A stretch of DNA of 64,000 nt, from the NCBI GenBank assembly GCA_036172245.1, contig JAYWIR010000039.1, forward strand, positions 930,001 to 994,000. The letters are read 5' to 3'. Positions 37,385 to 50,050 of this stretch are shown one piece after another (position 1 is the stretch's first letter; each line of letters opens with the position of its first letter). Under the pieces are notes generated by a model. That model was not told the origin of the DNA. It ran no database searches and was given only the letters and a program-made list of their open reading frames with translations. Source of the DNA: Raillietiella orientalis (Eukaryota). Made by a program: the position numbers and the translations under genes.

Positions 37385-40300
37385 GTTTGCTTCCCTGGAA
37401 GGGGAGGACGCGGAGGAAGAGTTGCCCTTCGATGACGGCAACGTCAGTGTCGTCGTCAGGTGAGCCTTGGGAGGGTGGGGCTCGCGATCGAAGATGACAT
37501 CCGGCCGTCTTTCCTGAAGGGTGAGGCCCCTGATCCACAAGGAGATGTCTGCGAAGGAGAGGAACGTCCTCCGCCTTCCTGGAAAGGGCCAGATCTGGGT
37601 GAGTCTCCTCCCCGTTCCGTCCTCTGCGTCGGATAGGTTGCCCGGAAACAACCCAGGAAGAAGGGGCGTGGACCTCGGTCGGCCGCACTTGTCTTCTGGA
37701 GCCCGGAACCGGTCGCTGGAGCCGCCGTCTACAACTCCCGCTCTCTCCTCCTTCTCCTGCAGGTCGATTTGAGGGAGCACGACCGCAAGAAAGGGAACAC
37801 CATAAAGCCCTTCGCGTTCAACATCGTGTTTGGCCCCGAGGCCACGCAGGACATCGTCATGAGGTACAGCGGTATCAAGAGACTGATCGACCTCGCTGTC
37901 AGGGGTTACTCGTGCACCGTCCTCTGCTATGGGCAAACCGGAAGCGGCAAGACGTACACCATGATCGGCCCTCCGAGCACGGTAGGCGGCCCTTTGCGAG
38001 CCCTCCCTCGCCCCTCGAACAGAGGTCTTCAGTTTTCCAAGAGGGCGTACCAGGTCCCGCTCAAGGAGCGGGGCATCGTGTACCACTCCTTCATCCACCT
38101 GTTCGAGACCATCCGGAGCGCTGTGGACGAGGTCTTCGTCGTAAAGGCGTCCTATTTGGAAGTTTACAACGAGCAGGTGAGCCGGGGACCACCCACTCCT
38201 CCATCCCTGGAGAGCTTTCCCTCTCTCCCTTGCCTATCCTCTCCCAGATCAAGGACCTTCTCGACCCGGAGTCCTCCAAGAACCTGTCCATCATGTGGTG
38301 CAAGAAGAGGAAGACCTTCGTGGTAGATAACCTCTTCAGCGTCGAGTGCTCCGAGGTGGACGACCTCGTCGCAGTTCTGGAAGAAGGTGGGCCCCATCCC
38401 GCGCGCTGACAAAGAAGCTCCGTCCTCGTTCTCCGTCCCTCCTGACCCTTCCTTCTGCTCAGGGTGCAAGAACAGGCAGATGAACAGCCACGCTCTCAAC
38501 GACAAGTCCAGCAGAAGCCACACCGTCCTGTCAGTGAGGATCACCGCCGAACAGAAGGTAACCAAGGCGATCTGCGAGGGCGAGCCGCCGGATAGCTTGC
38601 CGACCTCCTCCCTGCGCTCTCACGGGAGATGTCAGGGGGAGGGTCACTCATACGCCATTACCTCGGAGGTTCCGTTTCACCCTTGAGCGCGCCGTTTGTC
38701 CGACCTCGGCTGACCGCCTCTGCGAAAAAGCAGGGTCGACTGCAGGGGGATCTACTTGGTCTCTCTGTGAGCGCATCGAGAGTTCGTCCATAGCAGCCTT
38801 TGCGCGGATAGCCTTCGAACCTGACCGATCCATCGGGACGTTGCTGCGCCAGAGGACTTTGGGGAGGAAGCAGCGAGTCGGCGTGGGCAGACTGCTAGAG
38901 GGAACCTCCCGGAGCGTGCCGCCTAGAGCCGAAGCCCCTGGGAGGCAGGAAGGCCTCGCGGACAACCCCAGATCGCACGACGCAGAAGGCGGTCCGGATG
39001 TTGACTGACTTATGTCGGCGCGCTCCGGGTCCCCTTCCTTCCAGCGCCAGAAAAAAGGCGAAATCGCATCTCGCGCGGTCGCCAACGACCCCTCTCTGCT
39101 GCTCTCTCCCTCCCGACAGCTCCCTTCCTTCCTTGTTTCTTCGAAGTACACCACTGACCTCCTTCGAGGAAGTCATAGAGGCTACTGGTTCGCGCTCACC
39201 CTCGCGCTGCGGAAGCGTAGCGGCCGAGGAACAGGCAGCTTCCATGGAGGGACACTTGACCTCTCAGGCGGAGATACAAATCTTAGTTTCCTGCACTTCT
39301 GCTCCTGCTTATTCCTTTTCGAAAGAGACACGCGAGTTCGAAGAACCTGAACCATCGTTTTTCGTTCCCGCGTTTTGACGCGGGTGCAATCGCAAAAGCC
39401 TGCCGCTGTCTGCATCCTTCCTTGCCGCATCCCGGCTCGCGGTTCCCACTTCCTGTACGAGAGACAGTAAAGTAACAACTCTTTCTCTCCTGAAGCCCTG
39501 AAACCCGTCTCTTCGAGGATTTCTCCTTCAAACCATTCGGAAGGCTTTTCTCACCAGTCTGCTTCAGCCTGCCAGGAGTGAACCTTTTCCAAGGTGCACC
39601 TGCCACCTCGAACAGCAGAACGAAGACTTGCCCTGCAACGTCGTCTTCCCCCCTTGCTCCTCCTCTTTCCCTACATCTTCTTCCGATTCGAGAAGGTCGT
39701 CGATCTCTCCTTCGGGTGGCCATGCCGGATTGAATTGGAAGAGAGGTCGGGGTGCTTGAGCGCGTGCGGGGCCTCGAAAGTGGCTTTGACGCCCCTTCTC
39801 TTCCAAAGCCTCTTCCACAGGCGTCCCTCGTGAAGACTTCTTTTCGCATATAGGGGACCTTCTCATGGTGGCGGCTGTCCGGCGTCGCTGCGCGCGAAGA
39901 TCCAGAGGTTTCAAACAAGCCGCCACGATGACGATGATGGGGGAAGGAAGGGGGGGAGACCCGAACGCAGTATCGCTGTCAATGTGCCACTGAAAGTCCC
40001 ACCTCGCGCGCGAGGCGCTGCCGCGGTATGTCGACGTCCGGTGTCCTCCGAGTGCAACAGCCATGGTTCCAGTCTCTGCCGGAGGTCCGCAGATCCGAGG
40101 GGGGAGGCATCGCAGTCTATCAGCGAGAGCAGGAAGGAGGGATTCAATCGTCTCGCACCTGGAACAGGCCTCTTATGCGGTTTCCCCTGGAAAAGAGGTT
40201 TCGACGCTCGTTGCGCTGGAGAATGAGCGCTGCCAACTCCGAAGCGAAGTGCATCGCGCGCATCTCCGTTTGCTTGTCCCCACGGGAGATGGCAACAGCC

Positions 40301-43300
40301 TGCGGGGGGCACTTTCTTGCCGTCTGTTCCTCCGGACAGACTGAGTGGTCGGTGATGGTGGCACCTCGCTCTGTCTCCGCTCTCGACCCAGATAGTCGGG
40401 AATCATCACCATGGACCGTCAGCAGAAAGGGGTCGAGATTCACACGTTTCACGGTTCATGGTAGTCTGCATCCACGAGAGCTCCCCGCGCTACTGGGTCG
40501 AGAAGGTCGTCGATCTCTTCTTTGGGTGGCCATGCTGGATCGAATACGAAGCGCGGGCGGAGAGTGCGAGCGGGCAGAGCCTCGAAAGGAGTGTGGAGCA
40601 CCTCCAACACCTGAGTCAGTGTGGGGGACTCTCGTTGATTCATACCACCATGCGTGAAACTTGTCCATCTCGTCCCTTGTCAGTGGATAGGGACGAGATG
40701 GGACACGCTCCCTTACATCCCCTCATCTCCTCAGTCATCTCATGTAGTGGAATCGGAAGGTTCGTTCCGACTCGGAACGATCGATGGCCAATCAACTGAA
40801 TCTTTTCTTTCTTTCCTTTAAAAACGACCATCCTACCCCCCAAAAAAAGCCGAATATTGTGAAAACACATTGATTGTGGTATTCATCTGTGGCTGAGGGG
40901 TCATCTTCAAGAAATGCTGCGGCATGACGAGATGGGAGATGAAACCTCGTGACCAGGGCCACTCTCTGTTTTTCTCTGTCTGTCTCGTTTGGAACCAGCA
41001 TCAAAGGCCGGCTTCGGTCTTTTACGCACCGTCAACCACCTTCTCCCTGATGAGGGACATCATTTCTTTGTTGCGAGAGACTCTCTGCTTCCATTGTGGA
41101 AATCTGCGCGGGGAACGCGTCAGCCTTGCGACCTCCAGAGCCCGCTCGGCGCATTTCGGCCCAGAAAGCCGAAAATTCGGTTTGTTCTTCTCGTGCTCGT
41201 CGGTGCAGCTCTGCCGCTGCTAGGAAGTGAAGGTTTTATGGGTAGCTCACGAAAGGGAGGTTTTAGAGGTTCCAACGCTTCGGGGCCGGCAGCTCTAGTT
41301 CGTTCTTTCGTACGCGACCAGAGCGTCTCTGGTACTGAGGAAACCTTGCTCACCCGTGAGCTTCTTCCCTGGTCCAGCCCAAGTCCCGAACTAAAGTCCC
41401 CTCACGAACCCAAACTCAGTAGAGGTTCGGAGACGAGCCGTTTCATGAACTCCCGCTTCGAAGAAGGCCACAACCCGGTTTGGGGTCGGTAGGGTGGCAG
41501 AGCACCAAAGGGACGCAGATAGGGCCACGGATTACCGGCGGACTTGAGAATGGGGAAAGCAGCACCGAGATCTTAGAGGGGATGGGGATGCAGGTGAACT
41601 GCACTCCATCTGGAACCCAAGGGATCACTGAAAAATTATAGTGGCCAATGTGCACTCCGGTGTAGACGACTTGTGACAAAAAAAGCTTAAATGTTGTTTC
41701 CTCTTTTTTGGCATCCAGACTCCAGAGGGACTGTTCGTCTCACGAACTGGGACGCTGAACTTCGTGGACCTAGCTGGGAACGAAAGATTTCAGAAGCTAA
41801 ACTCCAAAAGGAAACTCTTGGATGAATCAAATAACATCAATAAAAGCTTACTGATCCTGGGTAACATTTTGTTATTTGGCTACTGGCATGATCGCTTCTG
41901 AGTTGCGCGAAACCTCGATCGCCCATTAAACTTGGAACTGCAAAAGGAACAACAGTGAAAAGACTACTGTTCCTACCTCCAAGGAAGGACAATCGAAGAA
42001 TAGGTTTCCTTCGAACTATCCTAGCGATGAAGGCCAATGCTTGAGCGTGTGCTCAATGTGTAGGCGCTCATCGCCATCGCTGCATCATCCCGTGCTACGT
42101 CAAGTGCCACAAACGGACCTCTTCTTCAATGGAAACATTAGGGTGCACTCAAACCTGGCAAGGTGGACTCTGCTTCTGAAGAGGATGCAGAGTCTAAAAT
42201 GAGCATGTGGATCAGAATAATGCACTGGACTGCCAGGAAGACTGACAAATGCATCGTGCATTTCCTGAATGTTCTTCTTCCTCCTCCTTTCCTGCTCTCT
42301 ATTCCTCTTCCTCCATCCTTCTTTCTCCTCTTTTTCTCCTTCTCTTTTTCTTCCTTTTCCTCTTGGAAGTGATCGACAATCCAGACAGAAGGAACGCTTG
42401 CAGAAATAAACTGGGAGAATTCGTGAGGCTTCATGTTGAACGGGATATCCAGAATTGTTCGAAGACGCGTCTGGGGAACACAATCCTTTCCTCTTTCAAG
42501 ATCCCATCAGCGGAGCAGAGAGGAGAGAACACCGCGAACTGATTCACTGCTGCTCCTCTACAGGAGTGTAGCCGTAGATCCGAGCATCGGTAATGGGTGG
42601 CGCCGTGGTCATGGAATCCCTCAGATGCCGAAATCCTAGGAGTTCCGTGATCTCTCGGACAAGAACAGACCGAATCAGATGTCAAAAGGTTGTGTCGACT
42701 CAGTGACCGGATCAAGGAGCTGGACCAAATTTGCAGCGACAGAGGCATGAGCCGCAACGAACCGTTCTCAGGAAATGTATGATACCGTGTTGTCCCCAAC
42801 AATAGGCACAGTGGCGTGAATGGGGACAGGGGTATCGTGGGAAGCGATCTCGCGAACACACCATGGGCTGAAAAAAGATTTCCCCTGTGTAACGCGATCA
42901 GTCGTCAAGGCCGTCTTGGGGTTCCGTCAGCACAGGCATTGGAAAGTGGCACAAGAGCCAATCCTCAAGCACTCTCATCGATGCATACCTCCCGTTCCCC
43001 TTCCTCCTGAACTCCTGAACGCAAGCAGCCAACCAAAGGCGGTGTGCGTTCTTCGCGACGCAAGAAAACTGCGCCGAGAAGATCGCAGAGGAGAGCGGCG
43101 CGCAGCCTCTCGCGGGAAGTCTCCCCCGCGTGCCCCCGGAGAGTGCTCGAGAAAATCCAAGGACGAAGGGGAAATCTCAGCCAACAGAGGACCCGCTGGT
43201 ACCCTGTGCACTCACGAGAGTCAGTTCTCGTCCAAGAGGAGGAGGAAGACAGACAGGCTTGCCGAGTCCTCGCAGAACCGGCTTCCCTGAATGCATCCAG

Positions 43301-44102
43301 TTGAGGGAGGAGGAAAAGAAGAAGGTGAAGGAGGAGGGACTTAGGAAGAAAGGGGAGAGAAAGAAAAAGGAGAAAGAAGGGAGAGGAGGAGAAAACGAAG
43401 AGAAAGAGCAGGAAGAGGGACGTGGGAAGAAGGGAGGAGGAAGGAAGGAAAAAGAAGGGATGGAGGAGAGAGGAAGGGATGGGATGGGAACTCGAGGAAC
43501 GTAAGAGGAAGGAATCCAAAGATGTATGTTCCAGGCACCTGCATCTCGATACTGAGCGATCCGAAGAGAAGAGGAGGCTACGTGCCCTACCGCAGCAGCA
43601 AGCTCACCAAGATCTTGTCCGACAGCCTCAACGGCACGGGTGTCATGCTCATGGTAGGAAGAGTTCCCTCCCATCCTGTTCCTCCTTCCAGAAGGCCCGG
43701 CAAGGGTCTTTCCTTCACCTCTCCCTGCAGATTGCCTGCGTCTCCCCGGCCGGCTCGAGTGTGTCCGAGACACTCAACACGCTGCGGTACGCCGTGAGCA
43801 CCAAGAAGATCCGGAGCAGACCCGTCATGGGAACAGGGACCGTGCGTGGAGGCGCGGAGGCGGCCACGTGGCCTCCCTTGGCTCCTCTGGCTGCCCCGTG
43901 CCTACAGGACTCGCGCGACCGGCTCATCGCGAACATGCGGAAGGAGATCGAGTCCCTCAGGAAGGAAAACGACCGCCTCCGGTGCCGCCTCGTCCGGGAG
44001 CTGGGCAGTGGCACCGGAGGCAGAGCAGGTGCAGCCCTTTTCTATTCTGCCTTGTTGTTGGGGGAGACTGCCGGGGCGGGGGTGGACTTCCCGGCATCGT
44101 GA
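37385..44102 (+). CDS. KIF12: KIF12/Klp54D-like kinesin; exons ?-37459, 37520-37598, 37763-37981, 38033-38176, 38248-38386, 38463-38557, 41719-41860, 43535-43653, 43731-43841, 43908-? (5' and 3' ends unresolved)
   Basis: NVSVVVRVRPL, P-loop YGQTGSGKTYT, SYLEVYNEQIKDLL, switch I NDKSSRSH, LNFVDLAGNE, NINKSLLILG, YVPYRSSKLTKIL, IACVSP..ETLNTLRYA, then a coiled coil. YSGIKRLIDL and FVVDNLFSVEC are KIF12-type from recalled family knowledge. Confidence 0.9.
39683..40590. repeat. Pair of ~100-bp diverged direct repeats (about 39685-39780 and 40495-40590) in the long kinesin intron
   Basis: TCGAGAAGGTCGTCGATCTCTYCTTYGGGTGGCCATGCYGGATYGAAT...GCCTCGAAAG occurs in both. Confidence 0.8.
42270..42365. 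repeat. Pyrimidine-rich (CT) low-complexity tract
   Basis: Almost pure C/T on the + strand. Confidence 0.8.
43300..43515. repeat. Purine-rich (GA) low-complexity tract just upstream of a kinesin exon
   Basis: About 200 bp of almost pure G/A. Confidence 0.85.
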
Positions 44103-47100
44103 GTGCTCTCTCGTCTCTGGAGCACCCGGGTGGAGAGGTCATGTCGCCTCCTTTCCTTCCCTTTCGCTCAAGCGTAGGCCGGGAGCGCGCCGCCTTCGCA
44201 GCTTCCGGTCCAAGTGGGGACACCGGTCGTGAGCCCCCTCGACAAGCCGCGGTCTTCACGCTTCTTCGCCAGGACCCTGACGGGCGTTTCTGTGGCAACC
44301 ACCTGAGCTCGTCGCTCCATCCCATTGCCCCCTGATCCGGACTGTCACCCCACAGGCGTTTAGCTTGCAAACAGGTTTCCCTGGAGAACCGGAAGAGCCA
44401 GAAGAAACGCTCTTTTGTTCTCCCTTTACGGGTGCGGTCTTCCGACCTCCATCCTAAGGGCGTCCGCAGACCAATCACTGAAAGTTGCAGAGGAGAGCAG
44501 GGGATCATGCGGCTCTCCGGCCCACCACACTCCTTTCTAGGAGAAAAGGAGAGAAATGACCTCACGAGCCGATGACCATCGTCATCCTCTTTTGCATCTT
44601 TAATGCCAACATATTATTCTTCGTCCTCCTCCTCTTTCTCCAAGCCACTTAAAGGACATAGAGGTTCTCTTGTACCGCTGCAATCTCTGACCTCAATTCT
44701 GGATCGATCCTCTTCTCTGCTTCCTCATCAGGTTACTCGGTGCACTGGACGCTTCAGCTGCTCTTCTGATGCTACGACCGAAAGATTGGGTTTCGCATCT
44801 TCTGCATGGTGGTTCACCTCCTCCCTCCGTTCGATCGAAACTCCGCCGTTCCCTTTTTGCCGTTCCCTGTTCTTTTCTGCCTGCAGGTGACCTTGAGAGC
44901 TCTGGAGACAGTCCAGGCTAGAGAATAGCCCATTCTTCCTTGGCACTGGCTCTAGCAAAGGTTTCAGGAAAGAACATTCCGTTGCGCCCGCCATGTCAAG
45001 TGCCCCTCGGAATGCCCGAAGCTCAAGCGCTGAGAAGCTCGCGAACCTGACCGCGCCACTTCACACCCTTCTTGCCTGCAAGCTGACTCGGCACGAAATG
45101 GCGCCTCCAGAGTACCGCTTTACCGCGCGCCGAATGGGTACCAGTCTGGGGAAAAGAAGGAAGCAGACCCCCCCACGCCTTCAAGGAAGTCGCCTGCAAC
45201 CGTGCCTACCCTTCTCCGGAGGAATACACTATTGCAGCGGAAAGCATCAAGAAGCAAGAGCTGAAGAGGCTTAGTGGCCAAAGAACGCAGAGGAGGAAGA
45301 GGGAATCTAGCAACCGTGGTAATGGATCGAAGAACGAAGCATCCATTTGCTTTAAAAGATACCCACCTTACCTGCTACCCAACCTCCTTTTCTGCTTGCT
45401 CTCTCTCGGATCTTGGTTGGCAGTTCCCTGTTTCATCCATTTGCTTGAAGATATGGAACTCCCGGAGCAGGGAGCTGCCGATCAAGGTCCGAGAGAGTGC
45501 AAGCAGAAAAGAAGGCTGGGTAGCAGTAACAGCAGCAAGACCGAATCCGGAAGCCTCAGGATGGCCAGCGCACACGCTGCCTCTGCCCTTTTGGACCATG
45601 CCATCTCGCTCCGGCGTGCTAATGACCTGAAAGTGACAGCAGTTCCTCACCGCTGCCGTTAGGGAGGAGAACAAGATTACCGTCTCTTCGAACCGCCGGT
45701 TTCTTCTTTCTCCTCTTCTTTCTGGCAAGGTTGACAACTCCCCACCCAGTAAGCTGGATATCTTCCACCTCATCTTCCCAGTTGGGATTCTTCCCATGAA
45801 GGGAGCGAAGGAGGAATCTGTTCCTGAGGTCGAAGAGTACGAGATCTCACTCGGTTTCGCCACCACACGTGGCCTGACTTGGCCCGCCACGCTTCGTCTC
45901 TTTGAGGTACAGGAACAGGTGGGAGCCGCGGCAAGACTGGAAGTGGTGTAAAAAGAGGACGACACCTTTCCGTCACACGTGTTGAGTCGTCCGGGAGGTA
46001 GTGGCGGAGAGATGCGAGGTCCCCCCTCCTTCCTCAAAGAAAGCCGAGGTGGTCCGCTGCGGGACGCAGGAGTCACTAGGAGGGGGGATCAGGAGCGAGG
46101 GAGAAATGGTGCGTGTTGCCGGCTCGGTCCATACCCCCGTCCGAACCCGTTGCCAACAGCGACCCCAGCTTAGAGGAGACCGAGCTCGCTATCGGTGACT
46201 CATGAAGTGGGAAGGGTGGCGGTTGAGGATGCAGGAAAGAAAGTTAACGAAGGGCTGGAGACGAGAGTTTCCAGCTCGCAGACACACCGAAGTCGATCGC
46301 AACGTATCCGTAAGGCGCCTCTCAGCCCCGCAGCACCCACTGCTCTCCACGGCGCTTTCGTGATCTCAGCCACAGTCTCAGCTCCCTCGAGTCAGCGTCG
46401 AGTAATCCCCAATTTCGCTCACATCGAAGATCGTCCTTTCAGGAGTGGGGCAGGAACGGCTGCGTTTCCGTGAAAAGCAGCATTCGTTCCAGCCATGGTA
46501 ATGCCTTCTTATCGCGCTCTGGTCTCATCCCAGCTGCCTCTGTTCGGGGCAAGGATGTTCAATCAGTCAGCCACCAGCAATCCCGAGGTTGCCAAAACAA
46601 CTGCTCAGGGCTCCTCTGAGAGAAAGACACTTCTGTGAGAGAAGGCTGTAGGAAGAAACCGAAGGAAGAACTGAGATTCTTCTTTCGCTGCCGTCACCCA
46701 GCTCGCATCCCCAAGGTCGTCGCGGGCAGATCTCGAGGAGTAGGCTGCTCTTGAAGAGGAATGCTTAAATAATATGAAGCGATAGAAAGCTTGCTAGATG
46801 AAAAGAATTCCCTCGCGAAGTTTGGAGGTGCCAGAAGGAAGCAACCCGGTGACCTCGTACGATTTGAAAGGTTCCCTGGATGTCTTTCTGCCGTTCTCTT
46901 GACAACCGAGTTGCACTGCTTTCCTCGGCCTGTCCCTGCTTTACCTTTGCAGAGGGAGGACTTGACCACGACGGGTGTTCAATATTGGGGCATCCTTGCA
47001 GCTGCGCGAAGTATCGTCTCTGGGAATTCAAACCTGCAACTCCATGCACCTGCCGGCAGACGAGTCTTTTGCCACTGTCTCAAGCACGCGAGCTGGGTCG

Positions 47101-49317
47101 TCGCCATCCTCTAGTGACCCTGCGCAGTTCGTTCAAAGTGTACACTAGCTGCTGCGTTTAGCAGATGCCCCGGATACTCTGAATGGTGGACGACACCATG
47201 AACTTGGACCGGTGGGTTTCGAGGTGGTGTATTCCGCCGCCCCTGAAACGTTGACCCTCCTCGCTTCCTCCCATCCCATTGGAGATCGATCTGCTCTCTC
47301 TGGAGCGAGTCCCGAATCTCAAGGTGTCGGAAAAGGGCGTTTCAAAATGGCATCTTCGTCGGACAATGCAAAAGACGCAAAGCGATTCTCTCTGGCAGGC
47401 AGGGCTTCCCTCTGGCTCAAGCGCAGTCTCCGTCTGGCGGCGCCTCGCGGCACGAGGCCTGGTTGCAGTCTTGCAGCATGCGCGCACACTGCGGGAATCA
47501 ACTTCCCCCTGTCACCAAGCAGGGGAGCAGCAGGGAATGTTCTCTTCGGGAACGGCCGCGTACGCACATGGCTCGGAACGGTATAAGGCGTCTTCATGCG
47601 ACGTCTGATGGGCGTGTGAATGCTTCTCTTTTGTCCCGCAAGAGGCAGGGATGTCGGGGAAGATGCATATTCTTATCAAGGCAGGGCATGAATTGCATCT
47701 GCTGAGGCCAAACGGAGGAGCATGAGGATGACCTCTATCCAACCGGCACCACCCCAAGGAATTCATTGAAATTCATGGCGAATTTGTTTCCCACTCGAGT
47801 CTCAAAACTCCCACTGACCCCAGATTTTCACACCGGCCCGTGTAGGACCGTGGCCTTTTCCTTCGTATCTTTGCTCTTCTTTTTCTTTCGGTCGTAAAAT
47901 AATCCCTGTCTCATTACTTATTATCATTCCTATATTTCTTTCTGCTACAACCACAATTTTTCGGACGTCAGTAGCAATTGAGAGAGCTCAGAACCGAAGA
48001 GTGGCGTTGGCATCTCGAGTAAGTGACCAAACCACCTCCTCCGTATCTTACTTCTGCTCGTTTCTTTGACGGTCCAGGGAGAGACCTCTGTCCGAGTGGA
48101 AAATGAAACTCCAGCGTCACCGACCGGGGCCCACCAAAGGCTCTGCCAGCACCTCACTGCCTCCCGGAAAGCTCAGCGTCCAAAGCTGGGGATCCATCTC
48201 CAACGGTCATTGGACATGATGTGTGCGTTGCAGTAGCGTAGCCAAGCCTTCTCGAGGTTCTCCACAGCACTCGAGACTGCAAAAGTCACGCTCGCTAACG
48301 AGCTCCTAACCAGAACAGCCTTTGGGCACGGAGAAGGCCCCTACTCATAAACCCAACGAAAGTTCGGACGGGGGCCGCTCGTGAATGCGAACGGACCATA
48401 AAGGCTCACCCTGCATCCATGCAAGTCCTGTGCAGGTGGTAGATGGAGGAGAAGGTGCCAGACTGCGTGGGTGCTTGGTTGGATTTGCTTCTTCGCAGGG
48501 ACGCTTTTCGGAGTAACCCTGAAAACAAGGGTTAGGGCGTGCATGGTGGCAGTTCTAGGAGCATTGAAGCGTTTCACTGGCTGAAGCAGGAGACTGAGCA
48601 AGCAGCGGCCGAGAGGCCGAAGGTGGTGCCACACTCCGAGCAGGAACTCAACGGACCGTGCACGAGGGAGCGCTGTTGCGTCAAGGGCAAGCAGCAGCAG
48701 CCGCGGAGATGACGGAAGAAAAGGAGCGCTTGAAGAAGGGGGGGAGCACACCGGCCGGATTAGAAGGAAGGGAGGGAAGAAGAGTAGGAGTGGTGGAGAG
48801 CCGTAGAAGGGACTTGGTTGCTGCTCCAGACGAGCAGAAAAGATCGCGGCGACCTTCTTTCGGAACGCAGGCGCCTTGCCACTCTGTTCAGAGTGGTAAA
48901 AGAGGATCCCGCAAAAGGGGAGTTCCACTCTTTGCCCTGCGCGTACAGGGAGAGCAGCCGACTGGACTCTTATCCCGGGAGAAAAAGGCCGTCTTTCCCC
49001 GCGGATGCGGCTCGAAGGCACCCAGCAAGCAGCTCTCAGGAAGGAGCACATAGACCGACGCGACCCGAGAGAGAAGGACGCAGAAGACGAAAGCTGACGC
49101 CTTGTCTGCCAGCCCGCGCAGCTCGTCGCTGCTGGCAAACGACACTCGGTGCGCACAAGTTAACGAGACAACGGTCAGAAAGCTGCCTCTTCGTTTCGGG
49201 AAGTAATGAGGGAATCGCTTCCGGCCGGCGTCCCGACGAAGGGTTCAGCGTAGACCAACACCATGAAGGGCGGAAAACGAGAATCAACGGAAGGTGAACT
49301 CCTGTCTTTATTTTGGG

Positions 49318-50050
49318 GTCCTCGTTGGCGGCCGTGTGGCTGCGTCCCCGGAGCACCAAGAGTCACAGGTTTGAATCCTGCCCGGGCAAGAAAGACGTAA
49401 CCCAGAAAACGAGAGTTACACCGTGGGTTTCGATTTCCTCCCCAACAGGATGACACTGGTTGGCCTGTAGGCTTCGGGTGTGGCACTGGTGGATGTCGAA
49501 TGCCCCCATTGAAGCGCCGGGATTGCAAGTCGACCCACTAGGGTCCATTCGGGAATCGAAGAGCCTTTCGGGGTGCCCTCCGGTTGTGCAAATGGAACCG
49601 TCCCTTCCCTCGAGGGAAGAGCCTCCATCGCGTAGCATGGAGCTGGTGGATTGATACTTCTCCAGAGTGTCAAGAAGCGTGCTGCTTCCTTCGGAGAGCG
49701 CACCCTTTAGGGAAATTGGGAAGCGCTCCTCCGTGGTTGTCTTCAGAAGAGCGAACGAGGAGCGTTCCACTAGAAGGTTCCCTCCGGAGAGAATGAGAAG
49801 AGGTTCTCCTTGGAATCTCCGTTCAGAGACAACCAGAGAGAGGGTTCCCTTCTGGATCTCCTCTCAAGAGTCAGAGAAGAACGGACTACTTCCTCCGGAG
49901 TCTTCCTTGATTCATAGGGTGACCCCACCAGGGTAACTCTACAAATTGCAGATTCGCACACACCCTCTAATGGCGTGGACAGTCTTAAAGAGCTTCCTGA
50001 GCCTTCTCCAAGGAGGAGGACGGTTCTTCAGTACTTTACGAAGCCAAAAA
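49318..50050 (+). mobile_element. Most complete, uninterrupted SINE-like element (~720 bp)
   Basis: A-box-like TGGCGGCCGTGTGG, B-box-like GGTTTGAATCC, unique body, GGTTCCC-containing sub-repeats, 3' stem-loop AAGAGC..GTTCTT and an A-rich end. Confidence 0.82.
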
